64,000 bases of DNA from Epithemia pelagica. Its lineage: Eukaryota > Protista > Bacillariophyta. This document shows, in pieces, positions 36,801 through 47,974 of the stretch (within the stretch, counting starts at the first letter, position 1; the number at the start of each line of letters is the position of its first letter). Location: the NCBI GenBank assembly GCA_946965045.2, contig OX337236.1:3162001-3226000 (forward strand), read 5' to 3'. The notes beneath the pieces are model-generated. The model ran no database searches and had not been told where the DNA came from. It saw nothing but the letters and a program-made list of their open reading frames with translations. The position numbers and the translations under genes were made by a program.

Positions 36801-38697
36801 GGATGCCTATGTGGCTGATTTGTCCTCGGTACGACCCTCGGTGGACATGTATTTGGCCGCCATTCACACCTTGGCCTTGGTGGGACCCAATGGGGGAGGA
36901 TTGGCACCCGACGAGGAGGACTATGACGAAGACGATTCCCTTTATCCGGAAAAGTCCAAGCACAACAAGAAACAGAACAGCAACAAAAAAACTCCCCAAA
37001 AGAATCGGCCGTTACGTGATAGTAATCCGGTCATTCTCAGTTCCACCACCAACGAATCTCTCTCCTCCTTGTATCCGTCCCGTCGATCCTATCCGCAACG
37101 CGTCTTGGCACGAGAACGGTCCTTGTGTGAGGCCTTGACGCAATTGGGACGGGCCACACCCCTTCGTGTTGCCCGCATGGCGTGGTGGTATCTCAAGACG
37201 GAAGCGACGCAATGTGCCAATTTGCATGCGGCGGCACATAGTTTGCGAACTCAAGTGGCCTTGGCACACAAGGATTCGGCCGTCTCGGAAACCGCCATTC
37301 GACATCAACAAGCTCAGGTTTTGGACGATCAAGCCGAATTGGATGTTACCCAACGCATTGTGAATTTGCGACTCAAAATGAGTACGACGACACTCTTACA
37401 CGAAGATGGCAGTAATAGTATCAACGGGGCGGCGACCGAGGACGAAATTGCCCAGTTACGAAATCAAGCCGTGGCGGCGGTACAAGGTCGGTTGGGTCGA
37501 TGGAACACCGAAGTGGGCTTGATCATTTTGGAAGCGGTGGGAATTCAAGACCCGGTTGTTCAATTGGAAGATGCGACACGCGATTTAAAAGTCATTCGCA
37601 AATATGCGTCCGGCTTGCAAGAATGTCTCAACAAGTGTGCCGAAGCCATTGAACAAGTCCGAGCCGTGTTGCGAGGCATGAACCAAACCCAAATGCTCAA
37701 TACCAGTATGGATACCCATACCCGCAACACCCTTCCCACGACGGGCATGCGAGAAACGAGAAAAGCCATGGTGTGTGAAATGGCCAAATTGTTTAGTGGA
37801 CGATACATTCACCATGAAGAAAATCAACAACAAGTACTTCATGGCGATCATGACATGGCACATCAGGATGCAAGTGCTTCTCCCATCTCCCGACGTACCA
37901 TGCCATCCATGACCGTCTTGGCTCGTTGTGGCATTGACATGACGGATCCCTTGGGTTGGATGACCGCCTTAAATCGGGAAGAAAAGCAATCCCAACAAAC
38001 CAAATCGTCTCCGGCTCAAAAGACGAGCAAAAGCCGACGACCCCCTAGTACATCCCCAAAGACCAGCTCGTCTGGGCTAGTGGGTGATTTGTTTTTTGCC
38101 TACATGGAAGCACGGGACAGTCGTACCGAGTGTTTGCTCAACAGTTTGTCCGATTTATTGCGAGAATATCAGGAACGGGTGGAAATTGTGGAAGGCTATG
38201 TGTACATGCAATGCGTGGGGATGAAATTGGAAAAACACTTTAATGAAAAACGCACCAAGGCCTTGACGGCCTTTGAGCGCAAGACCGACATTACCTCCGC
38301 CATGAATGTCGCGACCCGCAAACGCTTGCCTCATTTGGTCAAGGAATTGCAATCCAAACTGGATACTCTGGGTCCCGAAGTTTCCCATACGGTGGTCAAG
38401 GAAACCAAGGAATTGCATTTGGAAAGCAAGGTCCTCAAGACCGAATTGTCGGATTTGGCCACGCGACGCTTGTTGCGAGCGCGAGAAACATCGACGGAAA
38501 AGGCCATTGCGCTCTTGACCTTGTGGACCAAGGAAGAAGAAAGTTGCTGTACCTTTGAACTTCAGGCATTGGGGGAAGCCATGGCGGCACTGGAGAAACA
38601 AGTGATTGTCTTGGCACCCGAACAACCAGCAAGCCTTACAAGCAACAACAACAACACTCCAGTCAGTGTCCCCAACTCGTCCTTTTCGTCGAGATGA
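33832..38697 (+). CDS. Large PX-domain protein with C-terminal helical (BAR-like) region, sorting-nexin-like
   Basis: Uninterrupted ORF of about 1620 codons; PX-like segment YQILVQ...TYRSWPDFEWLEQSLRLEFQGSLVLPLL; coiled-coil C-terminus. Confidence 0.7.
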   Translation: MTAFGGRRGTQNGSSGPTILAPTNQNKSHSARKQQLLQQQHPAKQQSPPSASQPPRPRGERRPLLMTNSSSTPPLEPSQEETTAVSKQPSARRNRWFGTGKKSTTTIMEPKPPSTKRSLFHKTASQSPSCASWKDTSAADTTTTTTAFPSLNDTQDEWNAAAASFADSPATSHTNHTAALHTSTTSSSSSASFLTEFSSPQFTPRHQASSFPKDHHDSHSHVLPPEPETATSSSTVASSSPEAAAAATPEWSTPVVSSKKKRRGRRGSNQQGTQTTSTHPTEVDSYFPQDEDEEEEEKKMADESPPLMLTHSTPSVTPQKGIMSHGGSTDAHHMSSSPLQRTPPSSAATTPMGTPVSGSTKKALLSRPFGMASLSSSSSSAVIIEPLKYLVQVSPATWNDGSHTWQYQILVQQRKHSNSGTTSVGNHATDNTSVFTQAFTYRSWPDFEWLEQSLRLEFQGSLVLPLLHWNVGTHTNTMTTTNHNNTSLASLDGSTNTAASPPVQASLLQTWLTQVLNPIRGQGEWSLSNNNHNNPETITILESESMEAFLYKQQQQQPQSSSSKKKNKKGRQHSASPSSSSSSLAQQVPLLESIPPQIQTTIVRIHKQQLALLEKQQQQQEQQQQHHAINTPHTNRPAVTRTLSTSSTTDPDGTVDDTLTHNEDDQATDTTTPTNDNGNLMKQFLQFLPQSLLLGELCTGPTTSSTRPTDPDDDDDDDEDRDARTVDDGRTVGELSSTWSAQQARHIWNHHAPPPHGTHNKNNNNNKNNHSDSMVVGNHHHHKSCSKATTTSPRHSKSTTTAAAASHMARLHYSSRALGTAPSLEVLDSFAEHSVASGTAAPPPPHQPPLPSFRHSQPHQRSSPTTSGNPNSFLLAIHSEAIEAQQDLLDNYRQTAVDAQGQCRAVMQLEERLAVSWKKLALAMANVFCYEKEVETAKNSKLGDALKVKKEHLPYRKVTKAMVEDGLRNLARAKADRGLPALQLWNSTLLDAYVADLSSVRPSVDMYLAAIHTLALVGPNGGGLAPDEEDYDEDDSLYPEKSKHNKKQNSNKKTPQKNRPLRDSNPVILSSTTNESLSSLYPSRRSYPQRVLARERSLCEALTQLGRATPLRVARMAWWYLKTEATQCANLHAAAHSLRTQVALAHKDSAVSETAIRHQQAQVLDDQAELDVTQRIVNLRLKMSTTTLLHEDGSNSINGAATEDEIAQLRNQAVAAVQGRLGRWNTEVGLIILEAVGIQDPVVQLEDATRDLKVIRKYASGLQECLNKCAEAIEQVRAVLRGMNQTQMLNTSMDTHTRNTLPTTGMRETRKAMVCEMAKLFSGRYIHHEENQQQVLHGDHDMAHQDASASPISRRTMPSMTVLARCGIDMTDPLGWMTALNREEKQSQQTKSSPAQKTSKSRRPPSTSPKTSSSGLVGDLFFAYMEARDSRTECLLNSLSDLLREYQERVEIVEGYVYMQCVGMKLEKHFNEKRTKALTAFERKTDITSAMNVATRKRLPHLVKELQSKLDTLGPEVSHTVVKETKELHLESKVLKTELSDLATRRLLRARETSTEKAIALLTLWTKEEESCCTFELQALGEAMAALEKQVIVLAPEQPASLTSNNNNTPVSVPNSSFSSR

Positions 38698-39242
38698 CGG
38701 GTTCCTTCGTTCCTGAAATGATGGATGTTGTACATCCTCTCGCGGGGCACTGTCAACGCTTCCGTTCAATTGTCCCACATGCGGCTCAGGAAGAAAAGCA
38801 GGCAGGATACTGTGCATGTACATGTGTGTGTACCGGGTATATGACTTGTGTGTGTTTGTATACTTTATATTTGAAAAACTACCCGTGTGATTGTCGTCAT
38901 GACGCCAATTCGTATGTTTTACTCCTAGTTGATTCTATTCTAGTCGTGTCTTCTCTGTGTACCACATAAGCGTGGTTCCTTCGAAAATGGATGGTCCAAA
39001 GGTTATTGGATCCAAAAGGACGTTGCGTGTTTTGCTCCACAGCGGGAGGAACGGACAAGCAAACGAAATGCTTTGTCCTGGAACCGGAAATGCTTTATCC
39101 TGGAACCGGACAGTCGTAAGCACACTCGTTGTGCAACAAGATTCGGATGAAAGGACACTTCACAAGTTATGAAGCAAAAAAGAATGGGATGGGAGAGGCT
39201 ATACAGTGTCATTGCGGAAGGAACACGAGTTGCAGGCGGCTA

Positions 39243-39342
39243 GCACCCCGATTCGGGGCAACAACAAAAATGGTTTGACCTCTGGGCTGGAGGCACCCCG
39301 ATTCGGGGCAACAACAAAAATGGTTTGATCTCTGGGCTGGAG
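39243..39342. repeat. Tandem 50-bp duplication, each unit containing the hairpin CCCCG-ATT-CGGGG
   Basis: Two units differing at 1 nt (GCACCCCGATTCGGGGCAACAACAAAAATGGTTTGA(C/T)CTCTGGGCTGGAG). Confidence 0.9.
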
Positions 39343-39594
39343 AGATCGAGAGAGAGATCGTCAAGACTACCTCTAGGGGTCACTGCAATTGCTTTTGTGC
39401 AAACAGCCACTACGAATAACTACGACAAGGACAGTGAAACCGTTTCGTCCAAATGTAACACTCAGTGCCACGCACTTGATACAATTCTGTACTTGAAATA
39501 TTATGAGTGATGGGTCAATCAACAGCGCATGCATGGCAGACAAGAACACTTCAAGAGAAGAGAAGGAATATTTCACTGCCAGTACGAACGAGAC

Positions 39595-40365
39595 TTATGG
39601 GTCGTCGTCCAGAAACTCAGAGCAGACCTTTCCAATGTCTATGCTCTCACGGCTCTCACTAATTTTTGATTCATATATCCATCGAGCCTTGTGCGGAGTC
39701 ATGGGCTCATGAATCCATGGCACAGCCCCCTCACTGTCCATTCCTTCGAATATATCAAGGTGCGGCTTTCCCCCCTTCTTGTCCAAGCATTCGAGGAATT
39801 TAGTCAAGAGTTTGCGGCCCCAGAGAAATTCTTTCCACTGAAAAGGTACAGAGAGTGGAGCGTCTGGATTGTGGACTGCCGTGGGGAGCGCCGTTAGTTT
39901 GCACCTCATGTTGAATTCGCACAGCGTATTGGCGACCCGTTCATTCTGCGTGAGAAACACCAAGTAAACATTCTGGTCCACAAAGGCCTTGTAAAGCATT
40001 CTAGCAAATGAAATGTTGACATCGTTCGGCCCGGGTGAGTTGTATTCGTCAAGAATGAGGATCGAAGAAAGTCGCTTCTCTCGTGGATCAGGCGCCAGCG
40101 CCTGGATGAGGGCCCGAGCCCAACCAGCCGATACTGAAGCACCAAGTAGGCTACTCATGTGCGCAAAATAGTCATCATTTTGGGCAATGCCACTAATCAT
40201 GAGTCCATGTGGAGCATCCGGGAGTTTCGAAAGGCACTGCATTAGGTGTTTTGCAGCAGCGGTCTTTCCCGTGGATGGTGGAGCCAAGCAAACATACGAA
40301 CGTCGAGGAAGCCCATCCTTGAAAATTCTAAAGAGAGCTCGAAATACTTGAGAAAGAAAAGGAGC
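39595..40365 (-). pseudogene. P-loop ATPase copy 3, lacking its native start through a deletion of about 210 bp
   Basis: Walker A APPSTGKT and Walker B ILILDEYN are intact, but TCACTTTTTACG joins directly to CTCCTTTTCT, skipping the ATG and N-terminal codons seen in copies 1 and 2. Confidence 0.8.
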
Positions 40366-41283
40366 GTAAAAAGTGAAACAGTGGAAAGTTAGTTGCTGTC
40401 TGCTGTCTGCTACTTCTCTGAAAAACTTGGACGACAACGAGAGAGGTGAAAAAGGTGTGATTCGGGGTGTGGTTCGTGGTGTGGTTTCCGGGTTCCCAGG
40501 TGTGATTCAAAATAGCTATCTCAGAAAGTTAGCCTAGTTTATACCATCTTACAATAGTCGCCCATAAGAACAATTACACAGATCCCAGACGACATCTGCT
40601 CATATACTTTGATTTAGATCCACATCCCGTCTATTAGACCCCTCCGATTGCGGGGGTACCTCCCGTCTGCTGTCCATACGGTTATTCTCAAATTTTCCTA
40701 AAAAATGTTAAAATTATTTCTATCAAATTTCTTTCGATTTAGCACATTATTATAACGTCCAAGCCAACTGTAATAACTGACTTCGCCCTATTGTGTAGTC
40801 GCTTGCACTCATGCATGACCGACTTGACGAGACGCATGGACAAAGAAATCTACAAGCCCATTTTGTACTCAATAGTCTATTGTTTCAGAAGCGAGTACTC
40901 TTTACGCAGTAGTGGATCTAGCTTCACGGAATCATCACACAAACACACACCAAACCATGAAATACACACACATGGTGCAATGCACCTCTAGAGGAGTATC
41001 AAAACAAGCTCCTGGCACTTTGTCTATGGGAAAGATAAAAGCATAGTCCACTACTAGTTTAGGCTTCCTGCTTCCTGGGCTTACATACCCCATGATGACG
41101 CTGTCAACCAGTGCACTGGTTGATTGTTCATTGCACTGGTTGATTGTCATGTTTCATGTTGTCATCCTTCCTTTGATGCATTCCACCTTCACTTATGATC
41201 TAGGTGGATGGTTTTGACCATAAAGTTGTCACTTTGGTCGTTCGTCCGGCTGGGTGGTTTTCTTTTGGTTTTTGGTGTGCTCA

Positions 41284-42109
41284 GGGTCGGTCTTATCGGC
41301 GTGAAATTTCACACATTTCACACTTCTGGCCGACGTGGCCTGACGTTGCCAAGGTGGGTTGTGAAATTTTTGTGAATTTCACACGAGGCAATTTGAGGCC
41401 CCCCATTGCAGTTTCACCAAAATTTCACAATTCATCTACGTTGACTAGGTGTAATTTTCCCCACAGTACATTAGGACGTTCTTAACCCCTCCACCCTCCA
41501 CAGCAATCACACAGCTATTGCCACCATGGAGTCGTCGTCCAGTGCACCTCCAGAAGAGGGCCATCGCAACAATCAACTCATCGTTTCGGCCGAACAAAAC
41601 AATCCGGGGCCACGACATGACAATGGCACAAAAAGCAACAATCAACTACTCCCCATCTCTGGTTCTTTCAGTTCTACAGTTCTACAACAAACACAACGAT
41701 CAACGCCTTGTTTCGGCCGAACGAGACAATCCTGTGCCGCGACAACGACAACAAACGCAACAACCAACTATAAGTGAAACCATCACTTATATCAATGACA
41801 ACAAGCAGCAGTGGTGGTGACTACATAATATAGGCTTATAATTAGTAGGAGTAAGTCGGTTGTATGTTTTGCACTTGTATGATTGTTGTTTATTACTCGC
41901 ACAGGAAGGGTAAGCGCCTCGTCATGGTGAAAAGGTTCATCGGTACGAGGTACGAGTTACGACTGCGAAAGACTGAGGTTTTGTGTGAAATCAATTTCAC
42001 ACCTATTGCCATCGATCGGACCCTTGTTTTTCACACCCTAAAAACTGCGACATTTGGAAGCTGGATTTGTGTGAAATGAGTGAAATTTCACGCTCGATAA
42101 GACCGACCC
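41284..42109. mobile_element. Tourist-like (PIF/Harbinger) MITE, 826 bp
   Basis: About 40-bp TIRs GGGTCGGTCTTATCG-GCGTGAAATTTCAC(A/T)CATTTCACAC; 3-bp TSD TCA (41281-41283, 42110-42112); internal GTGAAAT/ATTTCAC motifs. Confidence 0.85.
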
Positions 42110-42817
42110 TCAGTGCTCAGTGCTCATGGTCGTCTTTTGTGGAGTTGCTCAAAAAGTGAGACGATTCTTGGCCCATGTGCCAGCAATACAAAGCGTGACC
42201 GGCGCGTCGATTTCGAACGATCGAAGGGAGGCTGGCGATATCACCCGGCTGGCGCTTTGGGAAAAAATACGAGACAATTTTTTCCATTCGGATGACGGAC
42301 GAACAAGGTACCCCAATCGCACCCTATAGGTTACTGAGTGTCTAGCGAATTATCTAATATGTATTTATCCGAATCACACCAGGAATCGCGAACCACACCC
42401 TGAACCACACCCTGGGACCAGGGCTGTGAAGTACCAAAGTCCGATTTTTTACAAAGTATCATACTTCGTACTATACTTTGCGTACTTTACAAATTCCCTT
42501 AGTCTAATCCCTTTCTTTTTTCTAACGGACTTACAGTCCCCTAGTCCAATCCCCCCTCGTCTCCCAACCAGACTTCACCATCACCAGTCCCTCCCCCACC
42601 TTCTCCAGACCAGACTTTAAGTCTGTCACTCTGTCAGTATCATTTTTCTCTTCGTACTATCAGTCTCCCAGTCAAGTACACCCCCAACATATTATGGACT
42701 TACAAGTACAAAGTCACTCCTCATCCTTGCAAAAAAGTACGACCAACAATTCTTCCAGTCACTGCCTGTCCTGATTTTCCAAACAAGCACATAATAACAG
42801 ATGAGGATGATAGATGC

Positions 42818-45800
42818 ATGTACCATGTACCTCTGCGGCAGTGTTTTTCATATCCAAGATGCTTCAACAATCCAACTGTTTTACTTGTTCACACCACAGC
42901 AGCACATCCGAGATCAACAACAACAACGACAATGGAAGACGGAGTAGAAGATACGAACGAATCTCAAGAAGATATTGACCACCAGCCGTCTCCTTCTACA
43001 GAATCAAGAGATTCAAACATGAAGAAACGGCTTTCCACGAACAAGTCTCAACCTAACAACAACAACAACTCCCATTCCGACAACACCAACAAACCTTCAT
43101 CTTCAACGAAAAGTTGCTCTGTCAAGAAGAAGGCTGCCCCTACCAAGAATCCTTCTGCTCCTTCCGGAACCACCCCTACAGAATTACAACAAAAACCCTC
43201 TGCTCTAGAAGCTCATTTGAAACTCTTGGAAGAAGAAATTGCACCGGCCGTTGAAGTGAAGGAGAATTACTTTGCTGTTGAAAAGGCCATCGTCCCAACT
43301 CTTGATTTGCCCAACATGTTATTTTTTGGTGACCCCAACTGTTCAATGTACTGGCACTGGGTCGTTCACATCGACTGGCCAGTATGGGAGAGAAAGCTGG
43401 CCACTGAATTTGAAGACATCCCCAAAACCCTCGGCATCTGCAAGATCATTAAAAACATGGCAACGTATACGAATGTTGGAGACATGACTGCACTTGATTC
43501 TGCTCACACTCCCAGAGCAAAGGACAAGGCAATGCGAGACAAATACGCAAATTTGAGCCGATACATAGTCATCTATGCTGTTTGTTTTGCTGCCAAGGAC
43601 AAGTCATTGGATGAAGCTGTTCTTCTTTGTGGGCAGCAGAAGATGTCAAACATCAAGCAACACAAAGACAAATGGCATAAGGACTCTCCTTTAGAAGACC
43701 CAAATTCTCGACAATCATCGAGTCAAACAACACTGGCATCATACCGTATTCAAAACACATCCAAATCGCAAGCAACAGGCGACTTGCAGAAACTTATATA
43801 CAGGTTTGTGAACGACTGTAACTTACCTGCCATCACTGTTGAAAAGAAGCCCTCCTTCAGTGACCTCCTTCGGTATGCAATCAACAACGCCTCTGCTCTC
43901 AAAGACACACCGGCCGAAGTCATAAGCAGACGGCAGATTACCAAACTACGCATCCATTCCTACCAAGTATTCTTTGGATTGATAAGCGATCTTGTGAATC
44001 ATTGCCGAAATGAATTCGTACGGCTATGTTACCGGAAAGTTCCCTTCATTACGGTTTGTCATGATATTTGGCAGGCTAAAAAGTATGACGTGCTGGGTGT
44101 CACAATCATGTTCACGGACCCAAGGAACTGTGTTGTATATCGGATCCCAATTGGTCCTGCGGAATGTCAAGGCCATGGTGCTACAGACGTTGCTAACTTG
44201 ACCGACTCACTTCTCATTGGCGTTGGCATTACCAGAGATGATCTCTGTGCGTCTGTGAATGATAACACCACTGCCGCAGTCCTAGCCGGTAAATATATCA
44301 TCGGTCACCCGAGAAAGGCCCGCAAATGCGACATGCACAAAACAGAATTGGTGCTCAAACATGCGACTTGACTCGTGGAACGATACCACAATCGCCAGCT
44401 CATGGACTCAAACAAAACCTTCCTAGAGCTTTGGCAGGAGTTCAAACAATTTGCATCTTGGCTAACTAGTAGTCGTGCGCCACAGCGATTTCAAGACTTC
44501 CGTGGTTCATGTCTCAGAATGGGATTGAAAGTCATTTCAATTCCACTCCCCAACGATACAAGGGTTCAAGGTCTTATAATGACGATACAAGCCCTTATGC
44601 GATGCAAGTGGGCGATGGACCATTATGTTGCGTTAACAATCAAGAGCGATGCAAAATTCAAGAAACGATACCCAGAGGAAGACAAATGGGAACTGTTGGC
44701 CCAATATGAGGGCATACTGACTCCGCTGAAACAAGTTGCTTTTAGCCTACAGTCTGACGAACCAGGTGCAAGCTCGGCAGCACTATTGGAGATCTATTGT
44801 TCATACTTCACTGCCACAACAATGTGCTACAAACTCAGCGACAAGTATGGTGGTGTTGCTTGTCTGACAATCAAGAAAGGTAGCGAAAGACAATGGGATG
44901 CCCGTACGGCCATTGACGATTTGGACGAGTTCCGTGATACGATCAAATTCGACGATTTGAAACCTGGACCACGTCTTTTGATTCGACGCATACTAGCTGA
45001 ATATAAGCATTATCTGATGGATCACGACGAGGACAGCATAAAAGCAGTTTGTTGCAATCCACTGCTCGCGAATGTCTTTGAAAACATGTTTGTCCAATTT
45101 GGAGTCTTCGATCAAGACAACGTGAGGACGTGTCGTCAAATTATCATCAAGGACATGGTGGCCAAGTTTAGTAATAAGCATATGTCCCGGATTGGAGCCG
45201 CCCTCGCCAAACAGAATACCAATGAAAGAAATGAGTTGGACAGTGCCGAAGAAGATAATACTCTACCAAAGACAGTAAAATGAAAAACAAGGGATATTTT
45301 TGCCAGCATGCGACGATCTCATGACATCCAACAACAAGCACTGTTACATCTAAGTGGAAAGGCCTCAGCTGCGGCAACGGAACAAGAACTTGTGCAAGCA
45401 CTCCGAAAGAAATGTACCGCATGCTACGACGAGTTTCGGACCTACTGTGAAAACAACATCGATAACCATTGGGCGGCCATCACGGAGGACTATGGGACAG
45501 AACAATATTCAATAGACCGTGAGAAATGGGATGATTACGAACAAGCCAAATTTGAATACAACTGTCGGAATCGAAACTATCTAGAGGTGGGCAGATATTT
45601 CGATCTCATGGCATGGTGGCGTGACTTTTCTGTGCAGTTCCGCTTTCTTTATCCAAGTGCAATGATCTGGCTAGCCAAGCCAGCAACTAACGCATTCCAG
45701 GAACGTGTTTTCTCTATTGGAGCATGGATGCATCAAAATAAGCTAATGGGTAGCCTTTCCAAGAAAGCCAACGAAATGTGCACGATGGACTACATCAATC

Positions 45801-47089
45801 GCGACAAGTTGGTGGAGATTTTGAATAACGAGAACGACGTGAGGAACTGTGTTGGTACAAGTTTGTCTTATGTTCCAGAAACAGGGCCATCTCCTCGGAA
45901 AAATGAACAGGCAACCACTCAACGACAGTCGCTGAAACTCACAGCAATCCAAGAAGTGAAGAAGGGATTTAAGTCATACACTGATTCCTCTCGCAGTACG
46001 AAGAATGTTCTGAAGGATCCCAACATTGTCATGACATTCATCCATACATCAGCAGAGGAGGGGCCGATCCAACCCGACGCTGAAGTGTCTCAAGAGGGTG
46101 ACAGTAAACAAGATGAAGCGTTCAGGACAAAGGAAGATGAAAAACGCGAAGATGGCAATCACAATGATGTACAGGACAGTGAGCTGGGAAAAAAGGACGA
46201 CGATAGGGTTGAGCAGGGAAGCAAGGCTGAACAGGGAAGTAAGGTCAACGTCTACAATATGAATAAGAAGGCCAACAAAGACAAGAGTCCTCCAGTGATG
46301 AAGGTGGCGAACCGAGTAAAGTTTGTGAAAGTTCCTAAACGATTCAACGATGATTCTGACGATGAGTCAATCGATTTTTCGTCGTCTGACGAAGATAGTG
46401 ACAACGCAATCGACAATCTCATCGACGAAAATTTACCCAGCTATGGACCTACGAAAGATGAAAGGCAAGTAGTCGACCGGCAAGGGGAAGAAAGAGAAAT
46501 GGGACCAGGACAGGAAATGGGAACAGAGCAGGAAATGGGAACAGGACAGGCGGCGGAAAACCAATCGCAAAAAAGAAAGAAAACATCATCGTCCTTTGCC
46601 ACAAGGGGGGAAAAGGCGCCAAAGAAGAAAATATCGAAACAAGCATCGAAACAAACAACAATGAGTGCAACATCCCTTACGACCCTGTCCAACAAAACAA
46701 AAAAGAAAACCAAGCGCCAACAAACAACGATGCAACCAAAAAGAGTGTCTCCGAGAAAGAAAAAAGGCGAATCATCCGCCACCGCAACCGCTGTTGCGAG
46801 CATTGCAATAGGTTTATCTGGGAAGCAAAACCGAACAACACCTCCATCTGCTAGATTGGTGCGCAAGAAGCAGCGCAAGGAAGAATTGGAGAAAGAGTTG
46901 GAGGCTTTTTACGATAACGACGTATCCCAGGACGACCCTCAGGTCAGTGACCAGATTAACCAAGAAATGAAGGGTGTGGTGAACGAGTCAGAGGACGAGG
47001 AAGAAGAAGAAGAGGAGGAGCAAGAACAAGACATTGAAGAGAATGATGAGGGGCTAGATGAGGATGAAGAAGATGAGAACGAGTTTTAG
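42818..47089 (+). pseudogene. hAT transposase, one 1424-codon frame interrupted by two in-frame TGA codons (44369-44371, 45281-45283)
   Basis: BED-like C..C...SNIKQH...H; CHDIW (D), NDNTTAA (D), CDMH (CxxH); dimerisation domain WW...LYPSAMIWLAKPATNAFQERVFS (E). The three ORF-track pieces share one frame. Confidence 0.9.
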
Positions 47090-47173
47090 TGATAAGAGAA
47101 GTAGTTTGAATAAGAAGATTAGCAGCAAGAAGAAATTAAGTAATATAATTCAATGATACGTGTTAATCATTCT

Positions 47174-47974
47174 TTACACCTTGTTGAACAATTCAGTATC
47201 AAATTTGTCGGTCTTAGACAAACGAGTGAGGAGGTTTGTTCGTTTGTGAATTGTTGCCGAGTGTTGTCCCAAGGCTCCAAATAGTGGGTTAATGTAGGAC
47301 CATTTGTCTTTCGGAACCCATGACTGTAAGTGCTTCGACGTTGCCAATCCATTCAAATTTGGTGGTACCCATCCAAAGGCGGCAGACCAACGAATAACGT
47401 GAATATCGGCCGGGATTCCGTCGACTCTACCAAATGCGGACTCCAGTATGATACAAGCGGTCTTGTATCCGATTCCGTTCAGTGTTATTAATTCGTGGAT
47501 TGTTATCTCTTTCGGAATGGTTCCATTGTGCTTTTGTATAAAGTAGTCTGCGGCATTAACGATCCGCTCTGTATTCTGGTAGTAGCGACCAGACTCGGAA
47601 AGAAGACAATACAGAGCGTCCATTCCATATTTCTCAGCAATTTCCAAAACAGCGGCAGCCGAAGTCATACCACATGCAAATAGGCGAGGCATTATGGTGC
47701 TTAGCTGTACGTCTGACGTACTCGAGCTCATGCAGATTGTCATCAAAACCATAAAGGGCCTGTCGGCAAGAGGTTCAGCGGCGTGGTTGTCAATCCATGC
47801 CTCCCATTTGTCTCGAGGGGCCATGAATCCGTAGAACTTCAGTTCCTCATGAAAATTTGTCATTTGGGATAGTTCATGTAAATGACGATCCAAGATAGTG
47901 CAAGGGATGGATGGTGTGTCGAAGTTCAAATCAGAACGACGAACCTGTTTGAGTTTAGGAGCGGTACCAGGCAT
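47174..47974 (-). CDS. Endonuclease III/Nth-like HhH-GPD DNA glycosylase/AP lyase carried inside the hAT
   Basis: PFMVLMTICMSSSTSDV, HNGTIP, HhH LITLNGIGYKTACIILESAFG (catalytic Lys), IPADIHVIRW (catalytic Asp) and LQSWVPKDKWSYINPLFGALGQ match the Nth pattern; no 4-Cys FeS motif. Confidence 0.88.
   Translation of the reverse strand: MPGTAPKLKQVRRSDLNFDTPSIPCTILDRHLHELSQMTNFHEELKFYGFMAPRDKWEAWIDNHAAEPLADRPFMVLMTICMSSSTSDVQLSTIMPRLFACGMTSAAAVLEIAEKYGMDALYCLLSESGRYYQNTERIVNAADYFIQKHNGTIPKEITIHELITLNGIGYKTACIILESAFGRVDGIPADIHVIRWSAAFGWVPPNLNGLATSKHLQSWVPKDKWSYINPLFGALGQHSATIHKRTNLLTRLSKTDKFDTELFNKV

Noticed and set aside
41282-42111. Small element as a hAT-type MITE starting CAGGG
   Set aside because: The right end is CCCTC, not CCCTG, and no 8-bp TSD fits; GGG...CCC termini with a TCA TSD fit exactly.
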